Virus record (IMG/VR): IMGVR_UViG_3300037843_000618
Source of the DNA: an uncultured virus (IMG/VR IMGVR_UViG_3300037843_000618)
Taxonomy: Duplodnaviria; Heunggongvirae; Uroviricota; Caudoviricetes
DNA: 64,000 nucleotides
Strand: one strand, 5' to 3'
Below are positions 50,301 through 57,282 of this stretch, one piece after another; positions within the stretch are counted from its first letter, which is position 1; each line of letters opens with the position of its first letter. The translations under genes and the position numbers were made by a program. Under the pieces are notes generated by a model that worked only from the letters and a program-made list of their open reading frames with translations, had not been told where the DNA came from and searched no databases.

Positions 50301-53144
50301 GCTGTCTTCGTCTGGCACAACGTCGCCCTGCAACGTACTGCCGTCGATCTCAAACACATATCCGAAGGGGTCTTTGCCCTTGAGGAAGTCTAAGTTCTTC
50401 TCACTGAGTAAGCGTGAGCCTGTGCCAAACATGTTGCCGCCCAGCGCGTAGATCGCGGCGTAGCCGAAGCTATCCGTCAGGTACACACGGTCGGGCACCG
50501 GGGCAAGCTGCGCCCGGCTCTTCGCCTTGTCCGGCATCGTGATCTCTCGGGGCTGGATGCCCTCCTGCATGATCTTCAGCGCAAGTTCTTCTCTGTCGGT
50601 GCCGTGGTAGAACTTCCGGCTTTTTGCCGAATCATGGAGCGGCGCTGCGGACTTCGTGGTGGGTATTTTCGCGAACTTCGGGTCTTTCAGGATCACTTTC
50701 ACGAGGCGCTCCACCTCGCCCCGCTTAGGCTTGTCCAGAATCCCGTTGCTGATCAATTGCAACAACTGATCCTCGGAAACTTCCTCGAAGAACGGGTCGT
50801 TGTTGGGAAACTCCTCTTCGATGCGCTCCCGCGTCGTCTGCCCGCTGGCGTCGAGCACTTTGCCGTTCAGGACACCGAACACGTGCGCGACGGCGGCGGG
50901 GCGTCCTTCCCGGCTCTCGTAGGAGACGTCCTCGTCTTCGTCCCAAAACGGGTCTTCGTCCCAGAAAATCTCGATGTCGCAGCCCAAGGCCCTGTGGAGG
51001 GCCAAGGCGAAGATGTGGCAGCGCCCGTGCAGGTGTACCTCGGACAGGGTTATCGCGGCAGTTTTGCCGCTCTCAACCGCCTTAAGCCCCTCGGCTTGGA
51101 TGGAGGCGCGGTTCGTCACGGAACTGACGTGCCACCACGTCTTCACGGCGGCGGTGATGCTCGGGTCCTTCGGGTCGAACTTGCCCACGTTCCCGATGGC
51201 GCTCTTGACCTTGTGCGGGTCCCAGACGATGTAGTGCTTGGTGTCGTAGTCCATCGTCATCGGTCTGCCGAAGCGGGGGGTGCCGAACTCGGAGTAGGCG
51301 TCCTGTATGATGCCGTCGAAGCCCATCTCCTGGTAGACGTCCGCGATAAAGCTGCCCGACGCCATGAAGACGGCGAGGGCAACAATGCCGTTTTCAGTCT
51401 CGCGTACTTCTTTCTCGAAGTCCCAAGCGTTGAACGACTCGCCGGAGTTCCCGATCAGTGTGCTCCACATTTCTTGTACATCGCCGCCGTAGTAGTTTCC
51501 CGCTACGCGCATCATCGCGTTGTACAAGTCCACTCCGCTGCCGGATTCGTTGCCGTCGTCGTCGATTTCAAGCTCAAACCCTGTGCCGCCGTTCTTCTGC
51601 ACCACCACGGGGTTTTGGATGCTGAGGTAGACAGGCATGGTCATGCCCTTGCTCTGCCCGGCGATCTGCTCCCGCGCCATCGCCTTCGCCTTCTCCCTCA
51701 ACTCCTCGTGCTCGTCGGAGCTATACGGCGGGAAGTCCTCGCCGGGGTGCTCGTCGTCCCATTCCTGCTCCATGTCCTGGAAAATGCGGTCGGCGGCGTT
51801 CTCGATGCGAGAGGTGATGTCCGGCCCGACGTCCGTGGCGTAGTTCTCGCCCACGTCGGTCTTGGAGGACGTGAAGTACAGCGCCTTGCCGTAGTAGTTC
51901 TCCACGTTCGTCTTGCTCGGGTCGAAGACCTGGAAGTCGTGCGTCGTGCCGTGGAAGACCACCAGCGGCTTGCCGTCGTCGTCGCGCACCTTGGACTTGC
52001 TGAACCACCTCTTGAAGTTCGTGGTTTGGGTCGGGGGTTTCCTCGGCGTTTCCTTCTTGGGCTGCTTCGGCTGCAACAGCTTGGGCTTTCGCTTCTTCGG
52101 GCGCTTCCCTTTCTCGGGTTGGGTCGCAGGCTCGTCGCGCTGGACTTCCTCTTCTTCCGGCTGCTCCTGCGGGACCTGCGGCGCGACATCGGGGATTTCC
52201 GGCGTCACCTGCGCGGGGGACGCGGCTTGTGCCCGAAATAGCCACGAACCCACTTTGAACTTCAATCTATGACCGATTAACTCAGCGGTTTCATAAAGCG
52301 CTTCATGCAAATACATCAGCGCACTTTCTAGAGAGGATTCAGTCTCGCCGAGCTTCCCTGATTCGTAGAGGATGGTGTCCGCTAGATGGAGGACGTTCAC
52401 GGCTTCTTGGAGCATCTCTTTGGCTCTTCCCCGCAATTTTGGTTTGAAACTGGCAAGACCGTCGCAGATTCGTTGTAATTTTTCACGCTCTTCCTTGAGC
52501 CAGTATTCGAAAGCTCGGGGATTTTCGGGGTTCTTTACGCGTCGCGGATCGAATTTGATTTCATCGTGGATAGCTGCCAATTCGTCTAGTATTTTAGCGG
52601 GTTTCGCCTTTGCGGCCGCCTTCGCCAGCGGGACTTCAACCTGGTTGTCGTCGTCGAACATGGACAAGGTCACGGCGTCGGCGACGAACTCAATACCGAC
52701 GAAGTTGTCCCTCCCGGCGAAGTGTTGCGCTTCCTTCTGCGCGACGTATGCGACGGTGATGTGCGGGGTGTAGGGGAAGTCGTCGGGCAGGGTGCCCATG
52801 GCGGCGGCGACCGCCTTGTGGAGCGCCTCGAACTCGTGCCCATGGACTTCGATCACGACCGGGGTGCCCTCGCCGGACGCCTCGGGGAAGACCGTGGTCT
52901 TGCCCAGCATCACATTGAAGGATTTATACCCGCCCATCACCCGTCGCAGGACGCGTTCGTCCGGCTGCACGCCGTACTTTATCGTGACGTGCAGGACCTC
53001 GACCCTGCCGTCACCCGCAAGAAGCTCGTCTGGTATCAGTTCCTTCCCGATGCGGGTGATCTCGGCGGCGACCTCCGGGGGCACGTTGATCTGTGTGCTG
53101 GCCTCGTCGTATTGCCTGGCTGTCTTTTTGTCCAACAGGCTCAT
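44310..53144 (-). CDS. Giant polyvalent protein A (about 2944 aa): 2H phosphoesterase, ADP-ribosyltransferase-like, papain-like, SprT zincin, GNAT and GIY-YIG-like modules
   Basis: HVT..HIT (2H); FKRWF..SKV.D..G.PLVVFHGT; GRCHIFA..H..D; FYHGT; LYHGT; AHELCH; VDEVQSD; V.PEYRRRGIAT; VYLLHF..HYLGWA..RI..H; PGQGMG; YWRQGIAT. Confidence 0.88.
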   Translation of the reverse strand: MSLLDKKTARQYDEASTQINVPPEVAAEITRIGKELIPDELLAGDGRVEVLHVTIKYGVQPDERVLRRVMGGYKSFNVMLGKTTVFPEASGEGTPVVIEVHGHEFEALHKAVAAAMGTLPDDFPYTPHITVAYVAQKEAQHFAGRDNFVGIEFVADAVTLSMFDDDNQVEVPLAKAAAKAKPAKILDELAAIHDEIKFDPRRVKNPENPRAFEYWLKEEREKLQRICDGLASFKPKLRGRAKEMLQEAVNVLHLADTILYESGKLGETESSLESALMYLHEALYETAELIGHRLKFKVGSWLFRAQAASPAQVTPEIPDVAPQVPQEQPEEEEVQRDEPATQPEKGKRPKKRKPKLLQPKQPKKETPRKPPTQTTNFKRWFSKSKVRDDDGKPLVVFHGTTHDFQVFDPSKTNVENYYGKALYFTSSKTDVGENYATDVGPDITSRIENAADRIFQDMEQEWDDEHPGEDFPPYSSDEHEELREKAKAMAREQIAGQSKGMTMPVYLSIQNPVVVQKNGGTGFELEIDDDGNESGSGVDLYNAMMRVAGNYYGGDVQEMWSTLIGNSGESFNAWDFEKEVRETENGIVALAVFMASGSFIADVYQEMGFDGIIQDAYSEFGTPRFGRPMTMDYDTKHYIVWDPHKVKSAIGNVGKFDPKDPSITAAVKTWWHVSSVTNRASIQAEGLKAVESGKTAAITLSEVHLHGRCHIFALALHRALGCDIEIFWDEDPFWDEDEDVSYESREGRPAAVAHVFGVLNGKVLDASGQTTRERIEEEFPNNDPFFEEVSEDQLLQLISNGILDKPKRGEVERLVKVILKDPKFAKIPTTKSAAPLHDSAKSRKFYHGTDREELALKIMQEGIQPREITMPDKAKSRAQLAPVPDRVYLTDSFGYAAIYALGGNMFGTGSRLLSEKNLDFLKGKDPFGYVFEIDGSTLQGDVVPDEDSIGEWMSFMVGYEDALKKFKDWEAQYKARKPLNDYEKEQSLRYRMEGIPYHDQAINKPGAEAEEARAHFRWMFSYFLTDKQKWAMLYNPDIGILATVGKKLQKRMTPEVTEFMLDNGAHAAHRGAVHPAKAWKIDKEKAIVLGGAQSNWATEVPIPKTAAYDEEENFDDEPQQWDRFLTLQPGTTLYHGTSAEWEEGGELSFPAWFSTNPKVADWFAHRNYDAQDPLDTGLPSIRTYRVKSPIQLVELNGKADMQEFFEMHGIEDYGIETISEGTINAGFEGWIIPDNYRPGDDIMLGDGSKIEYMETHPAGPKTGSLEAKLAVGEKSVGDLGLAKRVMHELMPVLGVQLPEPELKIVNSPRSGFLGQDVWRVGVTNATLYGNETTIIQLQRSILKDETTLRRIIAHELCHHADNLVNGKKLIEKYQGTGERGWRMVMNELRQTGHGKGWKEFTLKYNAKYGADFVNEKSDESLVVEKLPVKPYYIALHKRTDGSIVFASASRLGPQALKHLWYKRSHPDETERFTTTDDQLFVRGAGIGNGWAVPNADAKDMQERLQELWDKAGSEPPIELPNPWVKETKKGPVPNADILTKYLEKEGKEIMVKPSEHKDFSGWVDVWSRYKTAAAPQLEDLEQAVSNSRSTALPQIQELPHGVTKDYDRVRWVYQQFYDNGIQSMSWQDFQKKFPRERNSPLFTKVRQNRPAITLEDMDRWMEEYNAQAEKGYSNYELEHGTYRDPKTSFRDVEQLVLRVNQSASAAEIIGEDPLIAEFIGMVQQGAQHYRHPVSKNTVGWLRVDFVDDNWLLVDEVQSDLVNAVAKAKQMLTAPNLQSYINSFPDALKERAKEELKNHGINEQRFQMSKQQVTQRGYTIEKLEEIKQQLIGLFEDWAEYALASVIEIARRHGIKNVAINTGENLAARDPLVEEKSNIYYDQLAKSFGFKKQQLDVGDLKGNFWVRTASAKTAGKRSEAVTSMAVGTTDPDFPMPILIRWEQGMRWRQVLKSVKVIVGVVAGRRVPWREIHVFKSFWDNQQEQQDGWEQEKAKGSRIMYDILHNGSFVSVGKQVATAAGTESEPEYIGNCTEDEIVAQYFGDATRLAQAVENGEKRSDTEIFDPTSGLLIKYDPKTDVHSFYKTADSHKVTPLDETYYNSPESGEETNAYADIPERVRGIYGVPPLKELAPQLFEKDAGTAPEGVEYSVSVLDSHGGELFCQATATLDGELIGVVDFNESEKDVDFEDTRYYKEKKDEYDGREWERIADIPKEIWVKHVFVDPEYRRRGIATGMYEKIKQEFPGEKFTTSGTTREGTPFREKLVERGVIARKSALLQKSAVFAEAQNEVRHTDHEAVGLTKTLKSDPFSEEIKTLHESLGEEEPEPNPVPDSGFGSRIEGQPQAKGEDQLQMNKMEKASVTGKAAKFEGDPRDTVMGQVYLLHFDIKPGTKVKPEREDASEPFHARHYLGWALNAQKRIQQHYEGSGAKITQALRRKGMTFTVARIWDGADRNFERKLKSQGGLSRWCPICHGLGLVPKSRRRAPAMEAVEAVPKEMRFGPDYVEKQAGQKFPPFEQWMKLHPKFEIDESLTKKYGVTREELEERYWENTQWLSALDLPLEIYRALEVERGQEIDLGSAGVHWTWVENSADAYFGGSSMWARTPKPKNPELVILKAVVSNPSDIDFEKTLSNNIQNPDENEITLVPGTTLKLVGIDRDGEGYKVPRGGQRTITAASLDDVAQAVREIYEKFPVNPRNPDERMMMAQGKPAVYFELDISGPASIAKGDLRGRLRLKGIRSAVPGQGMGTLVLKRILSVADKHSVEVELTASPFGNEATRLDKDALQAWYRKHRFEDEPGYDPALGYMVRQPKSAAGAVDIDWKNDMFENYKLVPEYSWHEAGDPTDEDEEIGESNWNLLVVNAFDTKKKQKGLPGKPVGSADFVLRGGRLESSDTEVDKNYWRQGIATALYQYAEGLTGFQIKPHMTQSPAGRALWQQKNRPFGVN

Positions 53145-53213
53145 CAATCCCCTTTTTTGCTTAGGGAATTCGTCTCTGCTACTGTCTAGGGATTTTGTAG
53201 ACGTTTTTAAGGG

Positions 53214-53579
53214 TCAGAAGAGGGTGCATCCGCGCCTAAGCGCGTGCTTTTTGAACAGCCCACGGTCGGAAAGCAGTTGCCGCCAACGCTCGAAGGCGGG
53301 GCCGTGGTCGTCGCGAAGCTGCGTCGCGAGGTGGATCATCTCGTGCACCAGGGTGCTCATCCGGGTAACCCACTGCTCGTTGAGGGACTTGCTCATCACG
53401 ATCTGGTAGTCGTGGTGCTCGTCGTCCACCGACAGGGAGGCCTCGCCGAAGCACTTCTTCTCCCAATGGCTGTCCTCGGGGTCGGCCCACCTTATGCACA
53501 CCCGATCCGGGCACGCGCCGTCGAAGAATCTTTTGTTGATGATCTTGTACCAGCGTAGGAGAGTCCGGTCGGAACGCAT
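53214..53579 (-). CDS. SprT-like zinc metalloprotease (121 aa)
   Basis: Y..IN..FF.G, TLVHEMIH, HGPAF. Confidence 0.85.
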   Translation of the reverse strand: MRSDRTLLRWYKIINKRFFDGACPDRVCIRWADPEDSHWEKKCFGEASLSVDDEHHDYQIVMSKSLNEQWVTRMSTLVHEMIHLATQLRDDHGPAFERWRQLLSDRGLFKKHALRRGCTLF

Positions 53580-53580
53580 C

Positions 53581-54213
53581 TTACGCCTCTGTGGCGAAGC
53601 ATAATGAACATCCAGGCTTGACAATGCCTCGATTTACATGCCAGCGAACATGGGCTACTTGTCTCATATAATTGGGTTTTTGCGCATTGATGTGCCCCTG
53701 CTTAGTCCCGTTTGCTCTGTTGGCGGCAATTCCCTGCGGCAAATTATGCATCTTTTTCGCCCACCCATTTTCAACGGCAAGACGCCCATTTGCGCGACCA
53801 CCTGCTGGGGAGGTTATGGTTTTTATTTTGAGACGATGCTCTGGTGATTTTGGTTTGTTCTTCAGAGCCGCGCTGATTTTTCTTTTTGTTTCTGGTGAAT
53901 GGGTGTAAATCTGTTTTGCTTTGCTTATTTTCATCTTTTCTAGAGCCGCGCCGGTCAATGCCCCGCCAACTCCCCCATTACTCATGTTTCTGAGGCATCC
54001 TGTGCCCAAGTCTTTGCGCCCATATTTAGCAATTAGCCTGATTTCTTCGGCAAAAGCCGCTTCTTCGGACGGCTGGTATTGCACGACGATTCTTTCCTTT
54101 GCAGGCGGGCGGTGCCTTTTCTTGGAGACAAAAGCACGGTCACCTGTGCCTTTTCCGACATAGTATGGAGAGCCATCGGCGCGGAGCCAAAGATAGGTGT
54201 AAAACCGCATCAT
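53581..54213 (-). CDS. Free-standing GIY-YIG homing endonuclease with NUMOD3-like motif
   Basis: FYTYLW...PYYVGKG...R...E; HSPETKRKIS; visibly lower GC than its neighbours. Confidence 0.82.
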   Translation of the reverse strand: MMRFYTYLWLRADGSPYYVGKGTGDRAFVSKKRHRPPAKERIVVQYQPSEEAAFAEEIRLIAKYGRKDLGTGCLRNMSNGGVGGALTGAALEKMKISKAKQIYTHSPETKRKISAALKNKPKSPEHRLKIKTITSPAGGRANGRLAVENGWAKKMHNLPQGIAANRANGTKQGHINAQKPNYMRQVAHVRWHVNRGIVKPGCSLCFATEA

Positions 54214-55790
54214 TCTGTAATACCCGATTTCCTATAGGCCTTCCACAACGTGAGCTTGGCTTTCAGGTAGCTCACGTGTGGCGGCATGGGTGGCTGATTT
54301 GGGAGCTTATGCGGGTGTTTGGCGTCGTCCAAGGCGTGTTTACCGAGATACGCCTGAAGCTCTGGTAGGGTATTACCACTCCCCTTGATCTTGTCCCAAG
54401 CATGATGCAACCAGCCGTCGTGTAATACTTGGATTTGTTCCTGCGGTTTGACTGGGTCAGACCAGTTGTCATGCTCTGCGTAATTCCACCCAAGGTCTTT
54501 CATGTATTGATTTAATCCTGCTTGGATGTCCCCCGCCGCCTGTTTGGCGACAGCCTTTACGTCGCTGGCGGTTATACGGCGAGTGGCAAGTCCATTAGAC
54601 TGGAGACCCAGCCGCTTCGCCAGTTTCGTCAAGGCGGCGGCAAGTTCAAAGCGCAGGTCTTCATGGCGACGGTTTTCAACTGACTGTTGAAGCTTTTCTA
54701 AAATCGCCTCGCCTTCTTGCACAACCCGGTTCAGGTCGTTGGTCATCACTATTTCTTCGGGGGTGAGGGGTCCTTTTTCCGGTTTGTAGGTGAGATCGTG
54801 GCAGATTTCGGACCACGCGTGCATGAGCACGGACGCGACCTGAATCTCGACGTTTGTGTCCGCATACTGGTATTCGTCCTTGTGAAGAGATTGGGGTTTC
54901 AGTCTGACAAGGTAGTGCGTGGCGACGTAGCCGATGCCGTCCCTCGGCCCCCTGTCCTCGGGAAAGTTCTTGGGCTTCCGCATCAAGGTGAACCGCTGTT
55001 CGATAAGCTGACCCACGGCGGTGCGGTCGTTGGGCAGGTACAGCGCCACGCGGACCCCGGCAAGGTCCACGATGTCGTCGTAGATGTCCTGGAAGGACTG
55101 GTAATTCTTTGTTTTGTTGCGCTCAAGGAGCTTTCCCTTGAGCTTGCGGGGCTTCTTGGCACGGTAGGTCACGATGGCGCGGATTCCGGCTTCTTGGAGG
55201 GCGTCCGCAAGGTGCTCGTGGACTTTCTCGGCGACCTTATCGAAGTACTCGAACTCGTGCTTGTACAGCTTGACGAAGGCGTCGATCAGGGAGAGCTTCT
55301 CCTCCTCGGCGACGTGGCGCTTGTCTTCGTGCTTCTCGGCACGCTCCTCGTGTATCTCCCCCTCGTGCTCCTCGGCTTCTGGCAGTTCCCTCATGGCAGC
55401 GTCGAGGAACTCGTCGAATGGGACTTCCGTGATCTCGCCCAGCGCCTCCTCCGGCATGTGCTCCAGGTACAGCTTTTCGGCCTCTTCGAGGGAGTCGAAC
55501 CCGAGCATGACCTTGTACTCGTCGAATTTTCCGTCCTTCATCTGCTCCAGCACGTAGACGTACTCGGAATCCTCGTTGGGGCCGATGTACACGTCCACGT
55601 GGTCGTCGTCGTCTGCGTCCACCGTGCTCGGGATGTAGCCGTAGTCGCACTTCATGTCCATCTTCCAGCTTTCCCCGTTGTCATGCTTGCCAACGCGGAC
55701 GCTTCCCTTAGGCCACTCGATGATGATGGGGATACCGTGGAACTCGGTGCTGTGCATGTTCGGCAACTTGTCTGCGGTCACGGATTTCAT
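54210..55790 (-). CDS. Inorganic pyrophosphatase-like domain fused to a RelA/SpoT (small alarmone synthetase-like) domain
   Basis: IEWPKGS.R..DYGYI..T...D.D.VDVYIG..DEYK.MLGF; then RAK....L..K, DIVDLAGVRV, GYVATHY, EIQV.SVLMHAWSEI.HDL.YK. Confidence 0.85.
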   Translation of the reverse strand: MKSVTADKLPNMHSTEFHGIPIIIEWPKGSVRVGKHDNGESWKMDMKCDYGYIPSTVDADDDDHVDVYIGPNEDSEYVYVLEQMKDGKFDEYKVMLGFDSLEEAEKLYLEHMPEEALGEITEVPFDEFLDAAMRELPEAEEHEGEIHEERAEKHEDKRHVAEEEKLSLIDAFVKLYKHEFEYFDKVAEKVHEHLADALQEAGIRAIVTYRAKKPRKLKGKLLERNKTKNYQSFQDIYDDIVDLAGVRVALYLPNDRTAVGQLIEQRFTLMRKPKNFPEDRGPRDGIGYVATHYLVRLKPQSLHKDEYQYADTNVEIQVASVLMHAWSEICHDLTYKPEKGPLTPEEIVMTNDLNRVVQEGEAILEKLQQSVENRRHEDLRFELAAALTKLAKRLGLQSNGLATRRITASDVKAVAKQAAGDIQAGLNQYMKDLGWNYAEHDNWSDPVKPQEQIQVLHDGWLHHAWDKIKGSGNTLPELQAYLGKHALDDAKHPHKLPNQPPMPPHVSYLKAKLTLWKAYRKSGITE

Positions 55791-55944
55791 AGGTTTGTTG
55801 GAAAATCGGGCATGCGCCCAGACAGCCCCCTATATTGGAACGGGTAGTTCCGTCAAGGGCAAAGTACTGGCAATTCGCGGGTTGGAGAAATGCGCAGTAT
55901 CTATTCCATAGTAGAGCAACCATTTTCCTCGGGAGGTACACCAC

Positions 55945-57243
55945 TTGACGAGCAAATCCAACAGGACAGAGCCGGGACAGAAGCCAACTCACGGCACACG
56001 CGAGCAACTGGTCACAGACATCAAGAAAATCCGCAAGAACTTTACCAACGCCACGATCACGCGAGACTTCTACCGAAAGCACGGCAAATATGCGGACATC
56101 GCATGGGCGGAGTATTTCCCCACCTTCAAGGCTTTTGTCGAGGCCGGGGGCGGACAGCCCGAGGCCGCGGTGGCAACGCCGAAGATGCCCCCGGCCGAGC
56201 TTACCTCGGAAGACAGGCTCAAGGTAGACCTTGAAAAGGTCGCCGTCAAGAAAGAGGGCACGCAGAAGAAGTATACTGAGGCCCTCAACCGCATTAAGCA
56301 GCTTGAAACTGAAAAAGAAATCCTGATCGGTCTTGACGAGCACACCCCGCAAATAATCGACATCCTTCCAAGAAGTAGCAGTGGCAGCAGCTACTCCGTG
56401 GCCGTAATCGTCTTCTCAGACTGGCACATTGAGGAGCCTGTCAGCCTCGATGACGTCAGTGGCGTGAATGAGTTCAACCTTCAGATCGCCGAAAAGCGCG
56501 TGGTCAAGGCTTGGCAAAGCGCTCTCCGCCTGTACCAGAAGGAGTCGAAGGAAACCGAGATCAAGGAAGTCATCATCGCCCTTCTTGGCGACTTCATTAC
56601 CAATCGCATCCACGAGGACCTGGCTGAGTCGAACCTGCTCCAGCCTACCGATGCGATGTATAAGGCGCAGGGTCTTATTATCAGCGGACTACGGTTCCTG
56701 CTGGAACATTTGCCGAATGATGTGAAGATCACCGTCGTGTGCCATAGCGGAAACCATGGAAGAATGACCCCGGAACAGCGTATAAAGACCGAGGCGGGCA
56801 CCTCCATCGAGCGCTTCATGTACTTCAACATCCGCGACCAATTCAAGGACGAGCCTCGCATGACGTGGCAAATCGCGTCAGGCTACCACACCATCATCCG
56901 CCTGTTCGACAAGGACAAGCCCTACGTGATCCGCTTCCACCACGGGCACGCCATCAGGAGCACTGGTGGCGTCGGTGGCATCTACCCCACGGTCAACAAG
57001 GCGATTGGCAACTGGAACAAATCGGTGCGCGACGTCAACCTTGACGTGTTTGGGCACCATCATCAATTCATAGACGGTCAGGATTTTATCTGCAACGGGT
57101 CGCTGATTGGTTACAACTCCTTTGCGATAAACATCAAAGCTCCTTATGAGCCGCCCAAACAAGCGTTCTTCCTGATCAATAGGAAGCACCGCTGCAAGGC
57201 GATGGTGACCCCGATCTTCGTCGAGGGCGATGACGAGAAGTAA
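55945..57243 (+). CDS. Calcineurin-like metallophosphoesterase with N-terminal helical/HTH-like and coiled-coil region
   Basis: SDWH, LGD, GNHG, HHGH, GHHH, NGSL.G motifs; GGAGGT RBS before TTG. Confidence 0.88.
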   Translation: MTSKSNRTEPGQKPTHGTREQLVTDIKKIRKNFTNATITRDFYRKHGKYADIAWAEYFPTFKAFVEAGGGQPEAAVATPKMPPAELTSEDRLKVDLEKVAVKKEGTQKKYTEALNRIKQLETEKEILIGLDEHTPQIIDILPRSSSGSSYSVAVIVFSDWHIEEPVSLDDVSGVNEFNLQIAEKRVVKAWQSALRLYQKESKETEIKEVIIALLGDFITNRIHEDLAESNLLQPTDAMYKAQGLIISGLRFLLEHLPNDVKITVVCHSGNHGRMTPEQRIKTEAGTSIERFMYFNIRDQFKDEPRMTWQIASGYHTIIRLFDKDKPYVIRFHHGHAIRSTGGVGGIYPTVNKAIGNWNKSVRDVNLDVFGHHHQFIDGQDFICNGSLIGYNSFAINIKAPYEPPKQAFFLINRKHRCKAMVTPIFVEGDDEK

Positions 57244-57282
57244 TGCGTCTCCGCAATCCGCAACACTTTTAGAAAATCCAAA

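Noticed and set aside
53214..54213. Group I intron around the GIY-YIG gene
   Set aside because: Flanking genes are complete and abut the endonuclease ORF, leaving no room for a ribozyme core.
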